A model generated the notes under the pieces. That model was not told where the DNA came from, made no database searches, and saw only the letters and a list, made by a program, of their open reading frames with translations. From a virus: a stretch of 64,000 nt of DNA. The stretch's first letter is position 1. Each line of letters begins with the position of its first letter. Positions 35,874 to 47,600 of this stretch are shown here, piece after piece. Position numbers and translations under genes: made by a program. The DNA lies in the IMG/VR virus record IMGVR_UViG_3300047548_000145, positions 3,204 to 67,203 of that record; one strand, given 5' to 3'.

Positions 35874-36587
35874 ATGGCTAGTGTTTACAGGGTATATTCG
35901 GCACTAAAGGATTTGGTAAACAAGGACCAGCGTGGATTTGTCACGCCATCCGTATTTAACAGCCTTGCCTCTGCGGCACAGATGAACGTATATAATAATC
36001 TGTTCGAGTCTGCCGCCCTAAATAAGAGACTACGTATGTCCCAGTTTGACGCTGGTGCGGAGAAGTCTCGTGTAAAGATGGACAGCGAAGACCTGTCGGT
36101 GTTCTCTAAGTCTGCTACAGTATCTCTCACGTCAGGTGTCGGGGCTAAGCCTGCAGACCTTGGGCGTATCATCTCTATGGTCAATAATGCAAACTCTGCA
36201 CAGGTTGGACTCGTGTATGACGATGCCAAGATTGACTACATCAACAGAAGCTCTCTATCTGCGCCTACTGCGGCTGCTCCTGTGGCGCTTATCAGCAATG
36301 ACATTCAGGTATTCCCTACCAGTGTTGCTGCGGTTAAGTTGCGTTACTACAAGGTGCCCCAGGGTATTGTTCCTGCCACTGGAGCCAAGTCTGCTAGCCA
36401 GCCCAAGTTCGGATACACGGTAACCGCAGGTAAGGAAATCTACAGTGCAGCGAACAGCATTGACTTTGAACTGCCTGAGACTTACTTTTCCGAGTTGGTG
36501 ATTGAAATCGCTAAGATGATTGGAGTTAACTTGAGAGACCAGGACGTGTACGCATACGCTGCGAGTCAAGATAAAACAGCTCAGTAA
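35874..36587 (+). CDS. putative tail ring/adaptor protein
   Basis: Start MASVYRVY; NKDQRGFVTP..FN..AQM..DFELP; tail-module position. Confidence 0.6.
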   Translation: MASVYRVYSALKDLVNKDQRGFVTPSVFNSLASAAQMNVYNNLFESAALNKRLRMSQFDAGAEKSRVKMDSEDLSVFSKSATVSLTSGVGAKPADLGRIISMVNNANSAQVGLVYDDAKIDYINRSSLSAPTAAAPVALISNDIQVFPTSVAAVKLRYYKVPQGIVPATGAKSASQPKFGYTVTAGKEIYSAANSIDFELPETYFSELVIEIAKMIGVNLRDQDVYAYAASQDKTAQ

Positions 36588-37327
36588 TGGCAAGAAATAC
36601 GGTAACGATTAGTCAGATTGTCAACGACTTTATGTTGGGCATTGACAGCGATGACTACGCAAACAATGTCTCCGATGTAACTGTACGCAACTACGCACTG
36701 CGTGGTGTACGTGAGATGGGTTTTGATATCCTTAAGCGCATCAAGTCTACGCAGTTGACGCTCAACGCAAACAACACTGTAGACCTCCCTGTAGACTTCG
36801 TAGATATGCTCAAGATTGGAACTATCGGTTCTGACGGGCTGTTCTACGTGTACGGAGAGAACAAGAATATGAACTTGAGCAACGTCACTCCTATTGACGA
36901 CTCGGATAGCCTACTGTACGGATACGACTCCTACCTGTTCAGAAACTACGTGTACTCTACTTCTGATGGACGTATGTACGGACTAGGCGGTGGATTCTAC
37001 TCTGGTGAGTTTAGATTTGATATGGAGAACAACAGAATAATTCTGTCCTCTGATTCAAACGTGGAGAACATCTATATGGAGTACATCGCAGACGAAGCGC
37101 TCACTGCTGATCCATCTGTACACGTATACGCTGAAGAGGCGCTGCGTAAGTATATCTACTGGAGCATTGTTCAGAAGAAGGCTAACGTGCCTGCAAACGA
37201 GAAGGAACGTGCACGTAGAGACTACTACAATGAATTGCGCCTTGCTAACTCAAGACTGAAGTCGTTCTCTAAGGAGGAAGCTCTTAAGACCATCAGGAAA
37301 AATTTCCGCCAATCTCCTAAAGCTTAA
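36587..37327 (+). CDS. putative tail ring/tubular protein
   Basis: LPVDFVD..EYIAD..VHVYAEEALRKYI; precedes the nozzle-like gene. Confidence 0.6.
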   Translation: MARNTVTISQIVNDFMLGIDSDDYANNVSDVTVRNYALRGVREMGFDILKRIKSTQLTLNANNTVDLPVDFVDMLKIGTIGSDGLFYVYGENKNMNLSNVTPIDDSDSLLYGYDSYLFRNYVYSTSDGRMYGLGGGFYSGEFRFDMENNRIILSSDSNVENIYMEYIADEALTADPSVHVYAEEALRKYIYWSIVQKKANVPANEKERARRDYYNELRLANSRLKSFSKEEALKTIRKNFRQSPKA

Positions 37328-37333
37328 GCACTT

Positions 37334-40300
37334 ATGGCTATAGATAAGCTCACCCCCAGGTACCTCAACCTAGATGACGAGGCACGTCTTATCAAGAATA
37401 TGGAGATGACAGATGCACTGAACGTCCGTGTATCTGCTACCGAAGAGGGCAATGAGGGTGTTATTAAGAACGCATTTGGAAACAGTGCTGTAGCCTTTAA
37501 GTCTGGAAACAACTGGCAGAATAAGCCACACGCACTTCCCGCTGGAAGCAATCAGGTAGTAAGTTCTTTGGAGGACAAGGCTACTGGGCAGGTAATCTTC
37601 TTTGTGTGGAATAGTAATTCTAATCATAGCATCTACAGATTTACCACCTCATCGGATTTCTGTGAGTTGGTGTATAGAGATTCTGTTCTTTCGTTCAGAA
37701 GAAACTCACATATTCAGGCGAACATTATCAAGAACCTGAATGATGATTCATTGCTGTACTTTACAGATGGTAACGTATCCCCGAAGAGGATTAATATCAC
37801 AGCGGCAATCAGTGGTTTGTACTCTGATGTGTTAAACAGTGGAACAGCCTCAGAGAAGCTACAGTTCCTTACTGTGGCACGTATGCCTCCGATGGACCCT
37901 CCTTCGTATCAATTCAGAACTGATACAACATTTGAGGATAATCTGATCTACAACAAGAACTTTCAGTTTGCCTACCAGTACGTATACAATGACGGAGAGG
38001 TATCTGCTATCTCTAAATATACAGACTTAGCAGTTGCGCCTAATCAGTATCTAGATGGCATCATAGACGACCAGCAGGAACTAGAGTACAACTACATCAG
38101 ACTGACTTTAAAGAGCAGCGTTGCTGACGTTAGTAAACTGCGTGTACTTGCACGTAATGGAAATGAAGGGTCGTTCTTTATTATTGGAGAATTACCCAAC
38201 CCTATTTCTACCACGGTACAGAATCTCACTCTAGATTTCTACAACGACAGCACGTATAAGTACGTGTCTCAAGACGAGCAGGATAAGCTTTACGATGCTG
38301 TTCCTCTTACCGCTCAGGCGCAGACTATCTCAGGGAACAGATTGTTCTACGGTAACTACGTAGAGGGATACGAAAACACGAACACTTCGTCAACTACCCT
38401 TGTAAACTACGAAGCTGAGCCACAGACGATTAATATACCTGTAACGCTATCTTACGACACAATACTCAGAGCTGGCCCATCGTTGCAAAATCCTGGTAAT
38501 GACTCAGCGCAAAATGCGTATAACAATATAAAAATCAATTTAGATTTATCTGGATACTCCCCATCAAACAGCGTGTCTAGGGCAATCATAAACTTCTCGT
38601 TAAACCTAAGCGGAAAGGAAAACGATAAGGCATTTGATTTGTATTACTTTTTCCCTTTTGGTATATTTTTTAACTGGGTAGAGTTAGATGATGACTTAAT
38701 AGAAAAGAACGCTGGTGGATTGTTGCAATATGCTCGTGTTTTAGTTTCTAGCATAAATATAAACAAGTACATAAACATACCAGCAAATACGTCTACAACT
38801 GATCTTATCAACTTAATAGATAACGAAATATCAAACATCTACACTGCCTCTCTTGGCTCTGACACATCTGTCGCTGGGCAGGCTACAAAAATTCAAGAGG
38901 TAAAATCTCAACTAAATAGCTACCCACGCAGATGGATGTATATGCAAGGGACAGCCTCCTTTGATATATCTCTTTCAAGCAGTTCTGCGACAACGGCTCA
39001 ATTTAGTGTAAATTGTTTAAGCGCCAAAGTATCGCCAAAGGCTATATACAGGGGAGATAACTACTGGAGTCTATCAACTGGATATAACTACAATGCGCTT
39101 CCAAGTCCATCTAAAGAAGTAAACTTTAAGTCTTCTGATGAAGTTACTATTTCTTTTACATCTACCAGTAGGGTATACACAAAAACCAAGCTAGTTGATG
39201 GAGAGGTTATTCCAGATAGCTCTTTTAACGATGTGAATTATGCGGCTATACTTAGAGATATTCCAGTACTAGTAAACTCTCAGGCTTATATAGATGCTGG
39301 TACTTCTAACCTGAAATCATTTAAGGCTGGATCATCTCACTCTATTGGCCTTGTATATTATGACGATAGGGGACGCAGTTCTTTTGTGCAGAAAGTTAAG
39401 GACGCAGACGTTAAGTGGTATACCGACAGACCATATCCATATTACGGAGCTTCGTCTGTAGATTTACGTATCACGTCAAACGGACCTGTATGGGCCTCTA
39501 GATGGGCCCCTGTGCTGCGTAAAGCGGGGCAAGTGAACAGATTCATCCAATACACTGCGATAGACGCTTACACGGCCTCTAATCCAGTCGCTCAGAATGC
39601 TGTAGCAAACGTATCTAACAACGATGTTGTATACGTGTCTATGCGTTCATTAGAAGGCAAAGAGGATAGCTTCGTAAATGCCAAGAGCGCCCTTCTTGAT
39701 TACAAGTATCAGGAGGGTGATAGGCTTCGGATTGTTTCATACAGGGATACAAACATTGCTATTGTAACATTCCAATTTGGAACCACTGTAGCAATTGGCG
39801 ATGTGTACTCAAATAACGGAAGTAAGTATAGAGTAATATCTATTGATGCTGTAGGCACATCTAGAAAGATTACCCTTAAGAGAATCTCAGGGACCACTAC
39901 AATCTCCTCATCTGGATTGTTTACTAAAGGTTCTATCATCTCAGCTTTCTTCTCCTTTGTAGATGGGGCTTTCTACGCAGAGCGATATGTATATCCAGAC
40001 GTAGAATTCACGGTAGCAACGTATGTAAATCTGACAGACGATGTAACCTCTAACCCTATTCTAAACGAAGCAAATGATGATACTGTATACAATACAACTG
40101 GATGGTTCCTGGTACTCAACGACAACGATGCCAGATTCTTCAACAAGCAGTCTATTATTGACGGAGACTCTTCCTGGGCAAACGAAGTAGTAGTAGAAGT
40201 ATACAGCAAGAAAGTACCATCTAACGAAGACATTTACTTTGAGATTGGAAAGTCATTCCCAATTGTAAACGGGGTACACTCTGGAGACTCAAGACTTCTT

Positions 40301-42496
40301 ACGAGTCTGTCCGCACGTGTGCAGAGCGTCACTGCTGGCATTCAGGTTTACTTCACCCAGCGTGTATACAACGGTGATATCATCCGTGACAACAGCAACA
40401 ACAGATTCAGAGTAACAAACGTCCGCAGCGCAGTAAACGTGGCTGGAGGCATTACCTACTCGTATGTTGTAGATGGATTTATCGTGCAAGGTGGCTTCTC
40501 TCCAGGCGCTACCTTTGCTGGAGGTACTGGTTTACAGATTGTTAACACTACTGACGCTGTGTGTAACCTCACTGGTGGTGATGTGTACTTCAGACTGCGT
40601 CAGCTAAGAATTGGAAAAGATGCAAAGACATTTGGATATCTCGTCAGAAGTGTTGAGACTAACTCTGTATCTGACTTCTATAATTCGACTAGCACGTCCA
40701 TTGGTAGACCTTCTGCAGAGAGCCCCGATGCTCAGCGCACTTTCAGATCAGGTTCTGTTACTTATTCTGATCCGTTTGTCATAGACTCATATACCCTTGG
40801 ACTGTCTTCATTCAATCCATCCAAGGCAAACTTCTATGATTTAAACTACATCCACGGACCTATTCGCTCTCTAGTAAATAGAGACGACTCTGTTGTATTC
40901 TTACAAGAAAAGAAGGTTGGTATCTTCCCAGTTAATAGAAACATCCTAGAGACTGCTGATGGGCAGAGCGCACTGACAACTACCACAGATGTTGTAGGAA
41001 CTCCACGTTATTATCAAGATGATCTAGGCGTAAACAACAACCCAGAGTCTGTTTCGGTAGAACGTGGACGTATTTACTTCACTGACATCCGTGCTGGCAA
41101 AGTTGTACGCTTGTCTCAAGATGGGCTCACTGCTATTTCTGAGGCAAAGCTTGACAGCTACTTCAAGGGTAAGTTTAGAGACATCGTAAAGTTCAGCACC
41201 GTCAAGAGAGTAATTGGTGGAGTAGACTTGGAGGCTTCTGAGTATATGGTATCTGCTGAAGGAATTAAGCTGTTCTATATCAATGTCTATGCAGACGGTA
41301 CTCATACTACCCCTCAGTACCAATACGTCCTACAGACTAATACCAACGGAACCAGTGTGTATGTTCCAATTGTGTACAACGATTCTGTAATATACAAATT
41401 CGGTACCGAGAACAGAACCTTTATGAACATCTGCGATACGTTCAGCGAGTGCTTGAATGGAATCGTATTCTTGGACAGATTGGCTGACGGTCTTCCACTG
41501 TACCTTGGTAAGGAGATTGCGGACATAGATCCAGACCCCACGTTTGTGACGTGTATTGCTACAAACAGCACTTTTGACTTCTACATCCAGATTCTTGTAA
41601 ACATCTCTGACGGTTCATTCACGTTTATTAACACGTGTGGATCTCACGATGCATACATTGAACAGACTTATGGAGACGTTCTTCCGTTTACCACCTCCTG
41701 GGATACTGATGACTCTGTATGGAACACTCACTATTCATTCATACCTGAAAGCATCATCACCGTTGATGACACCTTGTATACCTTTAAAAACGGGAATATG
41801 TACAAGCATCACGATGGAGTAAACAGAGCTACATATTATGGAGTAGCTTATCCGTCTGTTGTAGAGGTAGTGTCTGGATATAACCCATCTATGATTAAGT
41901 CTTACGAGGCAATTAGCATCGAGGGGACCAAGTCTTGGGACGCTGTCCTAACCAACACAGATCAGTCTGCATCTATCAGTGACACCCCTGTTAGTATCGG
42001 TGGTATTACTTATCCTTTTGGAGAGTATGAGAAGAAGGAGAGAAACTTCTACGCATACATCCCTAGGGACTCCTCTGCTAACACGACTGTAGGTGGTGAG
42101 ATTACTGTTCTTTCTGGGTCTTCTGAAGTATACCCACTAGGAGCTGTTACCACTTCTACTATGTATACCATTTCGTTCTCTACGCCTATATCTGATATCA
42201 CGTTCCCATTTGGATCTGAAGTATACCAAGATAATGGAACCACATTGGTTAAAAAGGATTACAAGATTTCTGGAGTTGTTGATCAGAAGACAATTCTTGT
42301 TGACGCTCCTACTGATGCACTTGTGGCTGGGACTCTTCTTGTAGCAATATCTGCAAACCCATCTATTGAAGGAGACCAGATGCGTGACTATTACCTAAAG
42401 GTTAGGCTGTCCAGTAACTACACAGCAGAGACGGAGTTGTATGCGGTGAACGCAGTATACGCAAAGAGCAATCTACATAACGAACTCGGACAATAA
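37334..42496 (+). CDS. tail stabilisation/nozzle (muzzle)-like protein
   Basis: 1720 aa, beta-rich; DALNVRV, LLYFTDG, FQFAYQYVY, GNRLFYGNY, YFTD, KKERNFYAYIP, GDQMRDYY. Confidence 0.7.
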   Translation: MAIDKLTPRYLNLDDEARLIKNMEMTDALNVRVSATEEGNEGVIKNAFGNSAVAFKSGNNWQNKPHALPAGSNQVVSSLEDKATGQVIFFVWNSNSNHSIYRFTTSSDFCELVYRDSVLSFRRNSHIQANIIKNLNDDSLLYFTDGNVSPKRINITAAISGLYSDVLNSGTASEKLQFLTVARMPPMDPPSYQFRTDTTFEDNLIYNKNFQFAYQYVYNDGEVSAISKYTDLAVAPNQYLDGIIDDQQELEYNYIRLTLKSSVADVSKLRVLARNGNEGSFFIIGELPNPISTTVQNLTLDFYNDSTYKYVSQDEQDKLYDAVPLTAQAQTISGNRLFYGNYVEGYENTNTSSTTLVNYEAEPQTINIPVTLSYDTILRAGPSLQNPGNDSAQNAYNNIKINLDLSGYSPSNSVSRAIINFSLNLSGKENDKAFDLYYFFPFGIFFNWVELDDDLIEKNAGGLLQYARVLVSSININKYINIPANTSTTDLINLIDNEISNIYTASLGSDTSVAGQATKIQEVKSQLNSYPRRWMYMQGTASFDISLSSSSATTAQFSVNCLSAKVSPKAIYRGDNYWSLSTGYNYNALPSPSKEVNFKSSDEVTISFTSTSRVYTKTKLVDGEVIPDSSFNDVNYAAILRDIPVLVNSQAYIDAGTSNLKSFKAGSSHSIGLVYYDDRGRSSFVQKVKDADVKWYTDRPYPYYGASSVDLRITSNGPVWASRWAPVLRKAGQVNRFIQYTAIDAYTASNPVAQNAVANVSNNDVVYVSMRSLEGKEDSFVNAKSALLDYKYQEGDRLRIVSYRDTNIAIVTFQFGTTVAIGDVYSNNGSKYRVISIDAVGTSRKITLKRISGTTTISSSGLFTKGSIISAFFSFVDGAFYAERYVYPDVEFTVATYVNLTDDVTSNPILNEANDDTVYNTTGWFLVLNDNDARFFNKQSIIDGDSSWANEVVVEVYSKKVPSNEDIYFEIGKSFPIVNGVHSGDSRLLTSLSARVQSVTAGIQVYFTQRVYNGDIIRDNSNNRFRVTNVRSAVNVAGGITYSYVVDGFIVQGGFSPGATFAGGTGLQIVNTTDAVCNLTGGDVYFRLRQLRIGKDAKTFGYLVRSVETNSVSDFYNSTSTSIGRPSAESPDAQRTFRSGSVTYSDPFVIDSYTLGLSSFNPSKANFYDLNYIHGPIRSLVNRDDSVVFLQEKKVGIFPVNRNILETADGQSALTTTTDVVGTPRYYQDDLGVNNNPESVSVERGRIYFTDIRAGKVVRLSQDGLTAISEAKLDSYFKGKFRDIVKFSTVKRVIGGVDLEASEYMVSAEGIKLFYINVYADGTHTTPQYQYVLQTNTNGTSVYVPIVYNDSVIYKFGTENRTFMNICDTFSECLNGIVFLDRLADGLPLYLGKEIADIDPDPTFVTCIATNSTFDFYIQILVNISDGSFTFINTCGSHDAYIEQTYGDVLPFTTSWDTDDSVWNTHYSFIPESIITVDDTLYTFKNGNMYKHHDGVNRATYYGVAYPSVVEVVSGYNPSMIKSYEAISIEGTKSWDAVLTNTDQSASISDTPVSIGGITYPFGEYEKKERNFYAYIPRDSSANTTVGGEITVLSGSSEVYPLGAVTTSTMYTISFSTPISDITFPFGSEVYQDNGTTLVKKDYKISGVVDQKTILVDAPTDALVAGTLLVAISANPSIEGDQMRDYYLKVRLSSNYTAETELYAVNAVYAKSNLHNELGQ

Positions 42497-42512
42497 GTAG
42501 TATTTTTGTATT

Positions 42513-43442
42513 ATGAAGTACCAGAAAGACAAGAACGTAAAGAAATACATCGCAGGTGGTATGTTTCTAATACCAGCCGCTATCGGAGCAGGTCAAGCAA
42601 TCTACGGAGCTAGCCAAGCACAGCAGGCCAAGAAGATGGCTGCTGGACTGAAAACACCTAGTGTATCTTCTCCCCAGGAGTACGCACAGATGATGAAGGC
42701 TGCATACGATGCAGAGCTTATGAACAGACAGCTTGACGAAATCAATAGAAGTATGGCCACCTCTGTAGGCGCACTTCAACAGGCTGGTGGACGTGCACTT
42801 ATCGGTGGTCTTCCTGGTGTCACTCGTGCTGCTAACCAAGCTACGTTTGAGGCAGGTCAGTTTGAGAACCAGCAGAGAATTGGTGCTCTTGGTGAAATGG
42901 CTGGAGCCCAGGAGCGTCAGATGGGTAGAGAGATGGATCTGTACAACCAGCAACTTGGTATGGCCCAGGCCGCACTGAATGCAGGCACTCAGACTGCTGC
43001 TGCTGGCATCGGACAGATTGGTTCTGCCGCTATGTACGGAGCAGATGCTTTCGCTCAATACGAAGACCCAGGTGCTACTGTTTCTGCCCCACAGACAGAA
43101 AAGACGAGCATAGCTACTCCGAGCAGTGGACTTACTGATGGCCTTATGTCTAATAGAATCAATATCCAAAGACAGATACCTGCTGTATCACAAGCTGAGT
43201 ATGAGGCTATGCTTAGAAAGAAGTCTAGATTTGGAAATGAATTTCAAATGAAAAATGGAGGTATGATAACAGGTGGCAAGTTCAGCCACGATACCAACCC
43301 TATCGACATCGTACAGAAAGGCAAGAAGGTTGGCGAGATGACTGGCGGTGAGGTAATCCTAAATCCATCACAGGCAGCGAAGCTGTCCAAGGAGAGCGCA
43401 TACTTCCGTAAGCTTCTGAATAAATTTAACAAGAGCAAATAA
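42513..43442 (+). CDS. putative internal virion (ejection) protein
   Basis: G/A/Q-rich helical; KKYIAGG and MKNGG motifs; GEMTGGEVI. Confidence 0.6.
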   Translation: MKYQKDKNVKKYIAGGMFLIPAAIGAGQAIYGASQAQQAKKMAAGLKTPSVSSPQEYAQMMKAAYDAELMNRQLDEINRSMATSVGALQQAGGRALIGGLPGVTRAANQATFEAGQFENQQRIGALGEMAGAQERQMGREMDLYNQQLGMAQAALNAGTQTAAAGIGQIGSAAMYGADAFAQYEDPGATVSAPQTEKTSIATPSSGLTDGLMSNRINIQRQIPAVSQAEYEAMLRKKSRFGNEFQMKNGGMITGGKFSHDTNPIDIVQKGKKVGEMTGGEVILNPSQAAKLSKESAYFRKLLNKFNKSK

Positions 43443-44668
43443 TGGCTACAATTTTACCTACTACTCCTATTGAGATGCCAGACCTCGCTGGTCAGGCGTT
43501 TAAACTACAGGAGTACAGAGCAGGACAGAAGGCTGAGGCCGCAAAGGAAGCCAGAGAGCAGCAGGACAGAAGAGGCGCTAGCATCGGCCTAGATAAAGCC
43601 TACGCCCTTGGTGGTGAGGTAGGAAGACTTATGCCTCCCTATATCCCAGAGACTCAGAAAGCATTTCAGGAGTTTATCAAGGCTGGAGAACAGTATAAGT
43701 ATAGCGGACTAGAGAGCGACAAGCAGGCGTTCCTGGAGTCTCAGAATAACTTTAACGCACTATTTGGGTCGGCCCTGGAGAAAAGCAATAGCGATAGAGA
43801 AGAGATTGCTGGTTTCGCTAAAAAGCCATCAGCGTATGCTGTTTCTGGCGACCAATTCAATGAATTGACACAGGGCTACCTAAACACTTCACTTAATAAA
43901 GAACAGATTCTTAACCCTATGGAAAGATTCGTTCTACCAGTGGCGGAACAGATTAAGTTTTTACAGCCTTCAGATATGGCTAAGGAAGCATCTGGAATCG
44001 TTCTTGGCCCAAAGGTAAACGACTTCTCACCTGATGGAGTTGCGTTCAACAAGGGTAAAGCTGTTGAGTTTGTGGAAAAGCAATGGCTACCATCTATGCT
44101 CGCTGACCCAGACTTTTACACCAAGGCTATTATCTACGGAGCTAAGAAGACTGGATGGGGAGGTCTTCACAACAAAGAATTAAGTACGGCAGATTTAGAG
44201 CGCCTGAGAACATTGCCAGCTGACCAGAAGGAAGTGCTTGTTAATGAGTTCCGCAATGATACTATGAATCAGGTTCGCCAGACTATTCCTAATTCGATAG
44301 GTGAGTACGATAAGAAAGATTCTGAAACCAAGATGAGCACTGAGGCTAAGAATTACTCAAACCTTACGGCTGCTGGTACCGCAGCGCAGCCAGGTAAGTT
44401 GACTATCTCAGGAGGTAAGCCTACCTTTACTTCCAGAGGAGATAAGGTAAACGTTAAGATGGTTGAACTCCCTAGCAATCTATTTATAGGAACTAGAAAC
44501 TACGACATCGTAGGCTTTGGAAACGGTTCTGATGGACGTGGATATATTCGTACCCTCACTAAGACAGAGGATGGTGAAGTTAAAGAGTTAAGACGACTCA
44601 CTAAAGAAGACCGAACTGTCTTGAAAAACAAGATGAAGGAAGCGTATTGGGATTACTTCAATTATTAA
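43442..44668 (+). CDS. putative internal virion (ejection) protein
   Basis: 408 aa helical protein between the ejection-like and giant genes. Confidence 0.55.
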   Translation: MATILPTTPIEMPDLAGQAFKLQEYRAGQKAEAAKEAREQQDRRGASIGLDKAYALGGEVGRLMPPYIPETQKAFQEFIKAGEQYKYSGLESDKQAFLESQNNFNALFGSALEKSNSDREEIAGFAKKPSAYAVSGDQFNELTQGYLNTSLNKEQILNPMERFVLPVAEQIKFLQPSDMAKEASGIVLGPKVNDFSPDGVAFNKGKAVEFVEKQWLPSMLADPDFYTKAIIYGAKKTGWGGLHNKELSTADLERLRTLPADQKEVLVNEFRNDTMNQVRQTIPNSIGEYDKKDSETKMSTEAKNYSNLTAAGTAAQPGKLTISGGKPTFTSRGDKVNVKMVELPSNLFIGTRNYDIVGFGNGSDGRGYIRTLTKTEDGEVKELRRLTKEDRTVLKNKMKEAYWDYFNY

Positions 44669-44694
44669 CTAAATTTGCATATTAACAGTAGCAT

Positions 44695-47600
44695 ATGCAG
44701 GAACTGGAAGAATTAGTTAAATCAGCCAAGTTGGATGGTTTTTCACGAGATGAGTTTGTCGAAGCTATCTCACGGAACCCTAGATTCAAGGGAGTAAAGC
44801 CAGAACAGATTGAAGCTGCCTGGGGCGCTGGTGTAAAAAAAAAAGACCAGTCTCAGCCAAGCTCACTTGGGGCAAAGACGGCATCTACGGCCTCTCCTTT
44901 ACAGTCAGGCTTAAGAGAACAAGTTACTCCATCTATCTCGGACTCAGAAAGAGCAGCACCTAGTCTATATAAGGCAACTGGCAAGCCATCCGTAAGCACT
45001 GAGGCTGTTCCCACTCCTGCAGAGCCTGAATTCAAGCTCGCTAGACCAGGTAAAACTCCAGTACAGGCATCTGATGTTACATCTGTAGCTAACGCTAAGG
45101 AGCAGGACTTCTTGCGTCAGTATGGAGCTATCAAGTCTACTGCGGGAGATGCTTTATCCAAGAAGGTGGTTGAAATTGTAAACAACGCTCCAAAAGGAAA
45201 AGCTAGAGAAGCTATAATTACCAAGAAAGGAGAGTTGGATGAACTATATCGACAGTTCTCTCCTGATGAATCTTCTTCTATGTTTTCCCAGGATCAAGCG
45301 GGTAACGTAGATCTAGATGACACTAAGATAAAACAGGTTCTGTCTTTTATGGATATGAAATCCGTAAAGGATATTGCAAAACTTAGAGACCAAGAGGAGT
45401 TCAATAAAGAAGCTGGAGATGCTTGGCTAAACAATTCTATATCTAGAATAGGTCTTAATGCTATCGGGACATTTCTCACTGTTCCTGATATTGTTATGAA
45501 CATCCCTGAACTTGCTCCATATATGGCGAAGGGATTAGCTATTGAACTCGCATCTGGTGGAAATCCGTACATATCTGGAACATTAAGTGCTGCATTTAAT
45601 AAAGACTCTGGTTATATAAATAAAACAGAGTTGGGTGAAATCGGTCAAGCTCTGTTTAATTACAGCGCTGAATTAGGAATGGCTGAAAGAATTGATGACT
45701 TTGGCGAAGAACGTGCGGCTAAGGGAATCACTGGTAATTTCTCAGATGGTACGTTAAAGGGACTTGGAACTGGAGCTGCTATGCTTGGATCTAGTTTCAT
45801 TGACAACCTACCTCAGCTGGCATTGACAGTAGCTGCCCCAGAAGTGGCACTTCCTTTTCTTGGTGCTATGTCCGCAAGCGAGACATACAACAGAATAGTA
45901 GATGACTCAAGTCTAAGCGCAGGAGAAAAGGTAACATACGCTCTGGTTATGGGCGGTATAGAGTACGCATCAGAAAAGATTTTAAATTCTGATGTTTCTA
46001 TGCTTAGAAAGAGCATTAAAGATGCAGGAGTAGATCTTGGAACAAAACAAGGAAAGAAAGAGCTTGGCGATGCTATCTTCGGTTGGATGCCACCTGCTGC
46101 AAGATCTATCATAGAAGAACCTATTGAGGAAGCTATTGTAGCTGGCGTAGACCAGGTTATGAACAACCACCTGACAGGTAAGGCTGTAGACATTACTGAA
46201 ATTGCAGAGTCTGCATTAGCTGGACTTGGCTCTGGAGTTGGCACTACCGTTCTAACACGAGGAGTAACATCTGTGCTGCAATCTGATAAGGTACAAGATA
46301 CCATCAAGAGAACGGCAGCGATGAAAAAACTCAACAGCTTAATACAAGATGAGAATATTTCCGAGGAGGAGCGTTCTATCTTAAAGGAAGAGCTGTCAGA
46401 ACTTGTTAAGAAAGATGCCAAGATTAGAAAAGATGCAGCTAAGTTTTACGACAAATTCTCCCAGGAGGATGTTGATGAGACCGTAAAACTGAATGCTACT
46501 ATTATGAATGGAATTTCCTCGTATGCTAATATGCAAACGCAGGAAGGTAAGGACAGAGTCGTAAGTAGAGTAAAGGACGCTATGGCCAAAAAGAAAGCCA
46601 TAGAAGCTAAATATCAAGAAAATGTTAGTCAAGAAGGGAAACAAGTACCAGGTACAGAGCAAGGAGGGGAAACCGCTATCCAAGCCGAACCTGTCGAAGG
46701 AGCAGGCAAAAAAGAGACTCCAGCAGGTAGAGTTCTTCAAGCACCTGAAAAAGCGGTAAGCACTGTACGTGGCTTACTTAATAGACGAGCAACTTATTCC
46801 GATCCCATTTCTGGCACCATCGTAGAAGGTGATGTATACCAGGATGGGCAGCGTGTTGTAGTAGAGACTGAAGAGGGTAAGATCTTCGACATCGGTAACA
46901 TCGATGAGATCCAAGACAGACCCACTTCCGAGCTGGGTCTAAACGAGGCTAAGGGTCGTATCTCTGTAAACGAAGATGGATCATTCACATACAATGGTGG
47001 GGATAATCAGAAGATTCAGGGAGGCACTGTTATGGTTAACAGACAGGGCGGGCTGAAGTCTATCAAGAAAAACAAAGACGGCTCTATCAAGTCTGTCGCT
47101 ATGACTAGCCCTGATGGAACTGAGACATACAACCTAAAAGGTCAGGACGCAGTAGATGCCGCATACCAAATAATGTTAAACTTCTCAACCTCTCCAGAAC
47201 AGTCTGCAAGAGTTGAGCAAATGCTACAACAAAATGAAAAAGCAAGAACAGAAATCGAATCAGCAAGAGTCGCTCTTGAGCAAACTCCAGAAACTACCAC
47301 AGAAGAAGCAGCTGGAGATACTGTCAATGATACTGTCGGAGGATATGGACCTAGAGTCGGAGGAGTAGGCAAACAAGCTACCACCCAGGAGATTAGGACT
47401 AGAACAGCTTCAGACCCCCAGAAGGGAAATCTGTACAATGCTGTACGTAGAGCATCTAAGACTCTCTCTAGCATTATTCCTGACGCTACGTATGTATTCG
47501 TAGACTCTGACGCAGAAGCCGCTGAATACTACAAGGCTAATATGGCTGACGTAGACGCAAAAGAAAGTGGTTCAGACAAGGGAAGAATCTTCCAGAACAA

